Source: Promethearchaeota archaeon (GTDB lineage Archaea; Asgardarchaeota; Heimdallarchaeia; Hodarchaeales; Hodarchaeaceae). From it: a stretch of 20,540 nt of DNA. The stretch is from NCBI GenBank assembly GCA_048939725.1, contig JBHLPG010000050.1, positions 1 through 20,540 on the forward strand. Reading direction: 5' to 3'. The position numbers and the translations under genes are program-made. The notes beneath the pieces were generated by a model that saw only the letters and a program-made list of their open reading frames with translations, had not been told where the DNA came from and searched no databases. Below, piece by piece: positions 8,049 to 16,151 of this stretch; within the stretch, counting starts at the first letter, position 1; each line of letters opens with the position of its first letter.

Positions 8049-8435
8049 TTATTCAATCTGAAAGATCGATCTCGAGAGAGAGGTAAACTCCTCTTTTAAG
8101 AGATTCTCATTTTCAAAGAGTTCTTCTATATAAGTATCATAACTAAACAGAGCTAATTCATACAAGACCCTGTTTAAACGAAAACCTCTCTCAGTTAAAT
8201 GGTATTCAACAGTTAAATGATTTCCGTTTGTTGTTTTAGTAATAATCTTCTGTTTTTCTAAGTCTCTTAATCGTTGAGCTAAAACTTTGCTACTTAACTG
8301 AGGATTTTCCCTTAAAAAGTCTTTAAACCGAGTATTACCAAACATCATATCTCGAATAATTTCTATTGTCCATTTTTTCCCAATATATGAGAGAGCAACC
8401 TTAACAGGGCATTTCTTAAAAGGAATTGAGCTCAT
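8049..8435 (-). CDS. HxlR-family winged-helix transcriptional regulator
   Basis: 128 aa; KKCPVKVALSYIGKKWTIEIIRDMMFGNTRFKDFLRENPQLSSKVLAQRLRDLEKQKII...VEYHLTERG is a canonical HxlR pattern. Confidence 0.93.
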   Translation of the reverse strand: MSSIPFKKCPVKVALSYIGKKWTIEIIRDMMFGNTRFKDFLRENPQLSSKVLAQRLRDLEKQKIITKTTNGNHLTVEYHLTERGFRLNRVLYELALFSYDTYIEELFENENLLKEEFTSLSRSIFQIE

Positions 8436-8535
8436 CAGAATTCCTCTGATTCAGAGTAATAAATTATAAATTTAAAATTAAGTCATTGAGTAAATCAAGT
8501 ATCTAAAATGTTAAGAAATAGCTCTGAAGGATTCC

Positions 8536-8616
8536 TCAAAAAGGTTTTTGAGCTGCTATACCCAACCAACTTGGAGGGTGACGTATTTTCCGAATTTGCG
8601 GATTTTCGTGGTGGAA
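8536..8616 (-). pseudogene. C-terminal remnant of a methyltransferase related to the one at 10329..10958
   Basis: Minus-strand translation FHHENPQIRKIRHPPSWLGIAAQKPF* aligns without gaps to the intact C-terminus FQQRNLLVKRIRHLPGWIGIAAKQPR*; the nucleotides are also clearly similar (ATACGTCACC.TCCA.GTTGG). A TAG and weaker similarity follow upstream. Confidence 0.65.
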
Positions 8617-8686
8617 GTTTAGCTATTTGTGGCTGGGATTAGAAACAATAAACTCAACCATAAGTAGCTAGAAAAGCGTATGGTTT

Positions 8687-10231
8687 TCAAGTACGACTTT
8701 TTCGTCTTCTAAGCCATATATGTCCAAATACTATAAATATTAGAGTGAAAGTTGGAAAATTCCACCCTGTAATATTGGGATAATTATCCTTCTTTGAAGT
8801 CAACGATAGTGAAGAAGATTTGATTGATGAAGAAGGGTTTGTTAATGATGAGCTCATAGATGTACTAGAGCTTAAAGGGACATCTTCTCCTAATGAGACT
8901 TGAATATTGTCCCAAAAATAATGACCTTGCTCAGTCGATGTCGCTCGATCTGATCCATCACCGAAACATATGTCAGTCCATGAAGAATGATAAGACTGTG
9001 AATTACTCGATGTAATATGTATTCCATTTATTTCCAAAGAAAAATGATCTGTATAAGTGTAAATATTAAAATTATACCATTTTTTGACTTCGAATGGGAA
9101 ATCATGCCATGTTTGTAGTTGTGGATAGTCAGGAGGTTGTTCATAAATCGTAAACCTTACTTTACTAACATTATATATTCTAATCTGAAATGGAAACAGA
9201 ACAGAGGAACTATCACTCCCTGTAATAACTGATATCGATCCAATTTGATGTTCTGGGATGAAAAAATCAACAGATGTCCTTATATATTCTTTTTCTTGCA
9301 ACTCGGGTAAGAAAATTTCTTGTTTGCAAACGCCTCTCTGAGTAAGGGTTGATCGAATTTCTACTGAAGGAGGAGGTGCCCCTAAAGTGTCGTTTCGAGT
9401 AATAACACCCGGATTTGTGATTATCCAATTATTTAATTCATTAAAGGAGTCCTCAAGAATGATGGTCTCATTTCCTGGTTCTTCTGGATAGGATTCATTA
9501 TATATTCCTAGAAATGCACCCTGACTTTCAGAGGATCTTGGTAACTCCTCAGTTATCAAAGGTTGAGAATAGCGGACAAACCTTGGACCATTATACGAGA
9601 TAGTGCTTTGATGAACAAACGAAACGGAAACTAACGTCATAGAGCTTGTTTGAAAGAAATCAAAAAAGGGGTCGAGTTCAATTCCCCACTGTTCCCAATA
9701 ATTTCCAAGTTCTATTGTTGGGTTGGCAAATTTCAGAACAGCGGGCGAAGAATTACTATAACCACTACTAGAATAAGCTTTTGCAATATAGATCCAATAA
9801 AATTCTTCAAGATCGGTTTTAATACCCACTCGCGCGCCAATATAGGTTGCATACTCGAGTTCACCGAAATCCATCCAATGAAACAACAAACCATGCCCAC
9901 GGGGTAAGTTAATTTCACAATCATGCTTTGTTAAATTAAACATCAACCACCCATTACCAATAAGCTCAAATGTAGATGCACCAAACATTTTAATGTCTGG
10001 ATTTATTGTATAACTAGTAAAATGACGTGTATTTGCCGCAAAGTTGTCAAGATTACTCCAATTCCCGATAAAATCAACAAGAAGCCGAGATTTCGAATCA
10101 TAATTGATAGAATCGGATGTATTGGTGATTTTAAGACGCGCTAGCTTACTATTTAATGGAATAGAACTACCTAGAAAAAATATTACAAAGCATATTTTGA
10201 AAAAAATAAAAAGCTTTTTTCCTTCTTTCAC
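8687..10231 (-). CDS. Secreted/cell-surface protein with LamG/concanavalin-like beta domains, Ser/Thr-rich stalk and C-terminal TM anchor or sorting-like tail
   Basis: 514 aa; N-terminal signal peptide (KLFIFFKICFVIFFLGSSIPLNS), beta-rich body with FWDNIQVSL, Ser/Thr linker SSSTSMSSSLTNPSSSIKSSSLSLTS, then a hydrophobic helix and RRRKSRT at the C-terminus. Confidence 0.65.
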   Translation of the reverse strand: MKEGKKLFIFFKICFVIFFLGSSIPLNSKLARLKITNTSDSINYDSKSRLLVDFIGNWSNLDNFAANTRHFTSYTINPDIKMFGASTFELIGNGWLMFNLTKHDCEINLPRGHGLLFHWMDFGELEYATYIGARVGIKTDLEEFYWIYIAKAYSSSGYSNSSPAVLKFANPTIELGNYWEQWGIELDPFFDFFQTSSMTLVSVSFVHQSTISYNGPRFVRYSQPLITEELPRSSESQGAFLGIYNESYPEEPGNETIILEDSFNELNNWIITNPGVITRNDTLGAPPPSVEIRSTLTQRGVCKQEIFLPELQEKEYIRTSVDFFIPEHQIGSISVITGSDSSSVLFPFQIRIYNVSKVRFTIYEQPPDYPQLQTWHDFPFEVKKWYNFNIYTYTDHFSLEINGIHITSSNSQSYHSSWTDICFGDGSDRATSTEQGHYFWDNIQVSLGEDVPLSSSTSMSSSLTNPSSSIKSSSLSLTSKKDNYPNITGWNFPTFTLIFIVFGHIWLRRRKSRT

Positions 10232-10328
10232 AGGAACCCCATCTAGTGAATATCCGATTTTTCCTATAAATAGCTATGCATCTCTTGAAAATATTTAAAT
10301 CATATTTATCATAAAGTTCCTATTTCTT

Positions 10329-10958
10329 TTATCGTGGCTGTTTAGCTGCAATGCCAATCCAACCTGGAAGGTGACGTATTCTTTTAACCAGTAAATTCCT
10401 TTGTTGAAAGATAGAGATAAATTCTTTGACATGAAAAGGTTTCTCATAACCAAATATCCACTGACCTGTTCTTTCCATATACCAACGACTTAAACGATAG
10501 AGAACATCTGATGTCGGAACCCAGCAGATAAGCCAACCTCCTGGAGCTACATGTTTTACATGGTTATGGAAGGCAATTTGTTGAGCTGAATGCTTGAAGT
10601 GTTCTAGTAACCCATGTGAATGGACGAAATCAAACTTTTGATTAAGTGATAATTCTAATACGTCTTGGTGGACTAATTTAGGTACGATGTTGGCTTGACG
10701 ATAGAGATTATTTGCTAAAGCTAGGGCAAATTTCGAATTATCTACTAAAGTTGGTTTTAGCTTGAATTTTTTTGAAAGACGAAGAGAATTCAACCCCGTA
10801 GAGGATCCTAACTCTAATAATGAACCTTGCGGTATTTCTAAGCCATGTAAGAGAATTCGATAATTACGCCAAACAGTGAAGAAATAATGAGCACGAATGA
10901 AAGCAGAAAAAGTACTCTTAGCATAAGCTTCCCAGTCTGCAGAAATGGCAGAAGGCAT
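10329..10958 (-). CDS. Class I SAM-dependent methyltransferase
   Basis: 209 aa; SLLELGSSTGLNSLRLSK (motif I), TLVDNS, FDFVHSHGLLEHF and VAPGGWLICWVP motifs. Confidence 0.82.
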   Translation of the reverse strand: MPSAISADWEAYAKSTFSAFIRAHYFFTVWRNYRILLHGLEIPQGSLLELGSSTGLNSLRLSKKFKLKPTLVDNSKFALALANNLYRQANIVPKLVHQDVLELSLNQKFDFVHSHGLLEHFKHSAQQIAFHNHVKHVAPGGWLICWVPTSDVLYRLSRWYMERTGQWIFGYEKPFHVKEFISIFQQRNLLVKRIRHLPGWIGIAAKQPR

Positions 10959-10987
10959 AATCTTTCACATTAAGAACCTTAGGGTCG

Positions 10988-12106
10988 TTAAGGAAATCGT
11001 GTTATATTCTGATATGCATTTTGGATTGCTTGCATGAGATCCGTTGCTGTTGTCCCTGGGCTTTCACAATCATGGCTGTTTAAGAAAGATTCAATGTAAG
11101 AAGCCAGAGGGGTTGTGTTTAAGTCAACATTACGGAGATGTTGTTCCAATTGAGGAAGGATAGAATCAGGATATATCCAGAAATCACCACTAATTAGAAT
11201 ATCCATAAGAATTGAGCCTTGAAATTCACAGATCACTTGGATTAACCCACCAATTGATTTGTGAGTTCCCTCTACAATGAAATTAGAAGCTTGGATCTTC
11301 ACTTTATGAATTAGGTTTTTTCCTCGATTAGTTACCTGGAATTTCCATTCATCAGCTAAATAGGTAGACCTTAGTTGCTGCATTAATTCAAGAGTTTTAG
11401 ACTCAAGAGTAGTAGGATTCAGGTGAACATTCAAGGTTGATTCAAATTCTTGGCAATATATCTCAATAATCTCATTCCGATCTGGAATGAAACCAAGTTC
11501 ATCCTGAAAAGAGGTAAGCCCAGCTTCTAATGATTTATAGACTTTATCACGGAACTTTTCATTCGGGACTCTTAGTATCTTTGTCATCTCTTTACGGGGA
11601 AAATCTAATATAAAATTACCAACCAAAACTTGCGCACTCTCAAGGAGTGCAGCTCCATTTCCTGATATTTTTCGCCCATTTACCAATATATCATTGACGG
11701 GTTGATATTTGGCATCTACACTAAAATGACGATAAGTATTTACAACTGGCTCAAGAAGTTTCGAGAATAAGGCTGAAACTTGCCGTGGAACAATTTTTGA
11801 ATCAATGTGGGCTACAACATTATAAAAAAGTTGGTTAGAATCTAGTAAGACTGCTCCACCACCACAGGCTCTTCTAACGACAGGAATCTCTTTCGTTTCA
11901 CAATAATTCAGATCTACAACTTGATTGATGGATTGGTGGAGTCCACAACAGACAATTGGATCCTTTGGCCAATCAATAATTACCAAATCGCGTTTTTGAA
12001 TCCCTCTACTCCTTGCTAAACTAGCAGCGTGCCAAATCGTCTGAGTATTGATGCTTTCGTTCTCCCCAAAAACAATCAGATCCCATTCATTGGTTTTTAT
12101 GGGCAT
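10988..12106 (-). CDS. lplA: Lipoate--protein ligase A family protein with extra C-terminal domain
   Basis: 372 aa; VVRRACGGGAVLLD, NDILVNGRKISGNGAALL and LVGNFILDFP motifs of the LplA/BPL fold. The exact acyl substrate cannot be told from sequence. Confidence 0.8.
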   Translation of the reverse strand: MPIKTNEWDLIVFGENESINTQTIWHAASLARSRGIQKRDLVIIDWPKDPIVCCGLHQSINQVVDLNYCETKEIPVVRRACGGGAVLLDSNQLFYNVVAHIDSKIVPRQVSALFSKLLEPVVNTYRHFSVDAKYQPVNDILVNGRKISGNGAALLESAQVLVGNFILDFPRKEMTKILRVPNEKFRDKVYKSLEAGLTSFQDELGFIPDRNEIIEIYCQEFESTLNVHLNPTTLESKTLELMQQLRSTYLADEWKFQVTNRGKNLIHKVKIQASNFIVEGTHKSIGGLIQVICEFQGSILMDILISGDFWIYPDSILPQLEQHLRNVDLNTTPLASYIESFLNSHDCESPGTTATDLMQAIQNAYQNITRFP

Positions 12107-12405
12107 ATTCCATCACTTGATGAAGAAAAACAAAATTTAATATTTTTTTCTAGCGAAATAAGTAATATTAAAACCAAAAGAATTTCTAAGGCTGTTACGG
12201 ATTCCCAGACTGATACACGACCGTGTTGGAAGAGTGAATTGTTCCATCTCAGCTAAAATGCTTTTTATTCAATTTTCATCTAAAATTTTATGTTAATAAT
12301 TATATCAGATTGATTTCTTAGGTGCTTTTAAGGAAATATCTAAATTTCTTCTTGGTCAATAGTAACACCTCTATATCTTCAAAGAACGATCAAAAGTGAT
12401 GCTGC

Positions 12406-13548
12406 TTGACCGAACAGATGAGAGTTATCAGAACAGAACAGATATGGTTAAAACCGAATAAATACTTCTCTTGGCTTTGTCATTTATCAAAGAACCTCTA
12501 CAACGAAGGAAATTATCTAATCCGTCAAGAATTTTTTAATAATGGTAAATGGATTCGGTATAATTCCCTGTATCACCTTCTAAAAACTTCAGAAAATTAT
12601 CACTTACTTCCAGCTCAAACAGCTCAACAAGTGTTGAAAATCCTTGATAGGAGTTGGAAAGCCTTTTTTGGAGCGATTAAAGAGTGGAAGAAGGATAAAT
12701 CAAAGTTTCAAGGGAGGCCAAAACCTCCTAGATACAAACCGAAGAATGGAGAGGTTATACTGGTTTTTACGAATCAACAGGTGAAAATAAAAGATAATAT
12801 CCTGCTATTTCCTAAAAAAGTAAGTTTCCAGCTAAAAACTAGACTTCCTGACAGAACCGACATCAGAGAAGTACGAATTATTCCAAAGGGGGTGGGTTAT
12901 ATAGTAGAAATTATCTATGAAAAAATAATTTATCCTAAACCTTTGAATAAAGATAACATTGTAGCTATTGATTTGGGGGTTCGCAATCTCATAACTATGG
13001 TCAATAACAATGGTTTGAAACCGTTTGTTATTAAAGGTGGAATTGTTAAATCCATTAATCAATATTATAACAAAGAAAGAGCACGAATTCAATCAACCTA
13101 TAACCGTCAGGGAATAAAAACAGGGAGATCAATGCAAAAATTAACCAATAAACGGAATAAGAAGATATACGACTATTTCCATAAAACTAGCAGAAAAATT
13201 ATAGAGTACTGTGTGATGAACGGCATTGGAACAATTGTGATCGGGTACAATTCTAATTGGAAGCAAAAGTGTCGAATTGGAAAAAGGAATACTCAAAATT
13301 TTGTCACCACTCCATACTACAAGTTAATTCAGCAATTAGACTACAAGGCCACAGAGCAGGGAATTTCAGTCTTTAAACAAAAAGAAAATTATTCAAGTAA
13401 ATGTTCTTTTTTGGATAATGAATCAATCGAATACCATAGTAAATATCTAGGCTGACGAATGACTAGAGGACTCTTCAAATCTCAAAAAGGCACTGTTATT
13501 AATGCTGATGTGAACGGTGCCTATAATATTATGAAAAAAGGTTCCTGA
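12406..13548 (+). pseudogene. tnpB: IS200/IS605-family TnpB (IS1341-type) interrupted by in-frame TGA at 13453-13455
   Basis: ORF 12406..13455 has the TnpB N-terminal fold, RuvC-I NIVAIDLGVRNL, WKQ...GKRNTQNF and [11 protein letters not shown]. The same frame continues after the TGA as [30 protein letters not shown], which contains the RuvC-III Asp motif. Confidence 0.9.
12406..13548 (+). mobile_element. tnpB-only IS200/IS605-type element (no tnpA seen; true element ends not resolved)
   Basis: Lone tnpB plus 3' structured tail; no Y1 transposase in any frame nearby. The coordinates cover only the coding core. Confidence 0.7.
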
Positions 13549-13640
13549 ACGCAATTAATGCTGACAGGATAGAGGATGTAGGGTTACATCCCACACGATG
13601 GAGACTAGCAGCGGTGACGGGCTAGTTGATGACCTCATGT
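13549..13640 (+). ncRNA. Candidate TnpB guide RNA (omegaRNA/reRNA) 3' region
   Basis: Immediately 3' of tnpB: hairpin GGATGTA(13574-13580)-GGGT-TACATCC(13585-13591), then stem ACTAGC(13604-13609)/GCTAGT(13621-13626). Position and GC-richer composition fit known TnpB-associated RNAs. The true 5' end is probably inside the ORF. Confidence 0.5.
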
Positions 13641-13644
13641 GAAA

Positions 13645-13671
13645 AAAACTGAATATATTTTTATCAGTTTT
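13645..13671. terminator. Possible hairpin AAAACTGA...TCAGTTTT after the TnpB RNA region
   Basis: 8-bp inverted repeat, 13645-13652 with 13664-13671, AT-rich loop. Could be a terminator or an element end. Confidence 0.3.
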
Positions 13672-13744
13672 AATAACCTCTCATTATTAAAATAACGCAA
13701 GGAAAACGACATCTTCAGTTTTCCTCAGCCAAGGTGATGATTTA

Positions 13745-14677
13745 TTGAGTTCTCCAAGAATAGTTTTTTTGTCAGGGGGTACTGGGACACCAAAATTACT
13801 TCGAGGCGTTGTTAATGTAATTGATGCTCGAAATATTACAGTTATTGGAAATACTGGAGATGATTGGCATTTCTATGGATTACACGTATCGCCTGACATC
13901 GATAGTATCTTATTGACATTATCAGATCTCATAGATACCGATAAATGGTGGGGGATAAAAGATGACACATTCAATTTAGTAGATTTTCTAAAAAGACACT
14001 TAAAGCAAGATGTATGGTTCAATCTAGGGGATTTTGACGCAGGGTTGTGCCTATATAGAACTCATTTGTTGAACCTAGGAAAGAGTCTTACTGAGTCTGT
14101 AGAAACAATCCGAAGACGTTTGAACGTCAGCTCTCGCGTATTACCAATGGCCGATCAACCTATTCAAACAAAAATTCGAACTCCCGAACAAACACTGCAT
14201 TTACAGGAGTTTTGGGTAAAATATAAGGGGGAAGGACCGGTTTCAAATGTTTTTTTTGAAGGAGATTTGAGAAAAACCACTGATCAGGTTCTAGAAGCCA
14301 TTCAAAATGCTGATGTTATTATTATAGGCCCTAGTAATCCAATTTCATCAGTGGGCCCCATTTTAGCTCTTCATCCCCTGAGAAAAGCATTACAGAAGGC
14401 TTCTGGATATCGTATAGCAATTAGTCCAATAATTGGTAAAAATGCAGTTTCAGGTCCAACTTCAGCATTTTTAAAAGCATGGGGACATGAGGTTTCTCCT
14501 GTAGCGATTGTGGAATTATTTCATGATGTTCTAGATGCATTTATGATTCATAAAACCGATCAGAATTATTTTGATCTCATCCAAAGAATGGGAATCACTC
14601 CGATATTAGAAGATATTTACATTCATACAAAAGCTGACGCGTCGAGATTGTTTGAGCGAATAATGGATAGTAAATGA
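13745..14677 (+). CDS. cofD: 2-phospho-L-lactate transferase (LPPG:FO transferase)
   Basis: 310 aa, TTG start; VFLSGGTGTPKLLRGV, NTGDDWHFYGLHVSPDIDS, WFNLGDFDAGLCLYRT, IGPSNPISSVGPIL. Confidence 0.95.
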   Translation: MSSPRIVFLSGGTGTPKLLRGVVNVIDARNITVIGNTGDDWHFYGLHVSPDIDSILLTLSDLIDTDKWWGIKDDTFNLVDFLKRHLKQDVWFNLGDFDAGLCLYRTHLLNLGKSLTESVETIRRRLNVSSRVLPMADQPIQTKIRTPEQTLHLQEFWVKYKGEGPVSNVFFEGDLRKTTDQVLEAIQNADVIIIGPSNPISSVGPILALHPLRKALQKASGYRIAISPIIGKNAVSGPTSAFLKAWGHEVSPVAIVELFHDVLDAFMIHKTDQNYFDLIQRMGITPILEDIYIHTKADASRLFERIMDSK

Positions 14678-15433
14678 ATGTCCAGTTCCAGAAACCCTAG
14701 TATTTTAGCCGCAATGGCTGGCATAACTAATGGAGATTTCGCGAAACAGTGTTTATTCAAGGGAGGAGCTGGCATGGTTACTATTGGAGGGTATCCTATT
14801 GGAAGAGATATGATTACTGCTTCGTCTAAAATCGCTCAAAGAGGTCGAAAGGAATTTATCCTTCATTTTGGAAAAGAACATGATGAAATATTAAAAGAAA
14901 CCCATGGTATTCAAGATTTGTCGCGGTTTATAGTTAATTTAAGGATTAAAAGTTCAAAAGAAGCAAAGAGATTTGCACAGAATTTTCAAGATTTGATTTC
15001 AGAAGAACCGATAATTGAGATAAACGCTCACTGTCGTCAACCTGAAGTTACTAAATTGGGAGGTGGCCAAGGTCTTTTACAGCGGTGTGATGTTCTTACA
15101 GAAATTATACAAGCATTTCAATTTAGAAACTTCAAGATTTCTCTAAAATTTCGTGGAAATGCGATTGATCCGAATATTCTTGTCCCTAAAGTTGAAAAAT
15201 GGCAGGTTGATTTTCTACATATCGATTCATATAAGAATGGAATTATGGGAACAGATTTAGAGTCACTAGAATTATATGCAGCGAAAACTAACATACCAAT
15301 CATTGGAAATAATTCAGTAGTGGATTTCAAAAGTGCTCAAGCCATTTTAAACACTGGAGCGGACTATTTTTCTGTGGCTCGAGCTGCAAGAAACAATTCA
15401 AACATCTTCAAAACGATATTGAAACATTTTTAG
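14678..15433 (+). CDS. TIM-barrel flavoprotein, dihydrouridine-synthase/DHOD-like
   Basis: 251 aa; AAMAGITNGDFAKQCLFKGGAGMVTIGG, IEINAHCRQPEVTKLGGGQGLL, IIGNNSVVDFKSAQAILNTGADYFSVARAA. Abuts the cofD stop directly. Confidence 0.7.
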   Translation: MSSSRNPSILAAMAGITNGDFAKQCLFKGGAGMVTIGGYPIGRDMITASSKIAQRGRKEFILHFGKEHDEILKETHGIQDLSRFIVNLRIKSSKEAKRFAQNFQDLISEEPIIEINAHCRQPEVTKLGGGQGLLQRCDVLTEIIQAFQFRNFKISLKFRGNAIDPNILVPKVEKWQVDFLHIDSYKNGIMGTDLESLELYAAKTNIPIIGNNSVVDFKSAQAILNTGADYFSVARAARNNSNIFKTILKHF

Positions 15434-15497
15434 AAAAATTAAACTTTCGAATTTTTGACCTAATGAAGGTGTTAAACCCCTGGAAATCCCGAAACCT

Positions 15498-16151
15498 TTG
15501 ATACTCATCCCAATTAAGGATTTTTCAGAAACCAAATCACGAATTAAAGCGGTAATACCAGCTGAATATTCGACTTTTATAGATCGTTTGGTAGAATTAA
15601 CATTTTTTCGAACAATTGAAATCGTAAAATCTTTTTCATGTCCTTTTGGTGTTATTTCACCTTCAACTTCTGTCATAAACAAAAGCAAGAAAATAGGAGC
15701 TACATTCACTTACCGTGACACAGGTATCGATCTGAATATGGCATTAACAGAGGCTGTTCAAGAATTACCCCTAGACCAAACGATTTTAATTATTTTACCA
15801 GATTTACCATTTATTTCGGAAGATTTTTTCCACAAATTACTAAATGAAGCTAGTCAATACGACATGTTGATAGTCCCATCAATCTCAAGTGATAAAAACT
15901 TGGGAACAGCAGCGTTGTATCTAAAAAATCGAACGATGGTATCATTTCAATTTGGGAGGAACAGTAGTGAACGATATCAGTTAGAAGCGAAAAAAAATAA
16001 CCTTAAAGTTCGTTTATTAACTTTTGATCCATTTGCTAGAGATTTAGATACATTAAATGATGTTAAATATTTAAAACAACATTTGAAGGCGATCATTAAA
16101 CCTGAACCTTTCAGGAAGGTATTAGAACAATTGGATATTATTGCTCTTTAG
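15498..16151 (+). CDS. cofC: 2-phospho-L-lactate guanylyltransferase
   Basis: 217 aa; ILIPIKDFSETKSRI, ILPDLPFIS and FGRNSSERYQLEAKKNNL match CofC. Confidence 0.88.
   Translation: MILIPIKDFSETKSRIKAVIPAEYSTFIDRLVELTFFRTIEIVKSFSCPFGVISPSTSVINKSKKIGATFTYRDTGIDLNMALTEAVQELPLDQTILIILPDLPFISEDFFHKLLNEASQYDMLIVPSISSDKNLGTAALYLKNRTMVSFQFGRNSSERYQLEAKKNNLKVRLLTFDPFARDLDTLNDVKYLKQHLKAIIKPEPFRKVLEQLDIIAL

Noticed and set aside
9650-9907. Short ORFs opposite the surface-protein gene (9650..9907, 9733..9924, 10104..10298)
   Set aside because: They overlap a long supported CDS with signal peptide and domain structure; no independent evidence.
12029-12256. 75-aa plus-strand ORF over the lplA start and upstream region
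   Set aside because: Mostly antisense to lplA and without recognisable motifs.
12832-13092. Antisense ORF within tnpB
   Set aside because: Shadow of the TnpB coding frame.
13453-13455. TGA in tnpB as a recoded codon (selenocysteine or an altered code)
   Set aside because: Other genes in the window show no sense use of TGA, and cofG and priL end with it normally. The aligned residue is Lys/Arg in relatives, not Cys/Sec, so a nonsense mutation is simpler.
15118-15709. Minus-strand ORFs (15118..15330 and 15398..15709) in the F420 cluster
   Set aside because: They lie opposite the TIM-barrel and cofC genes, which have clear family motifs.
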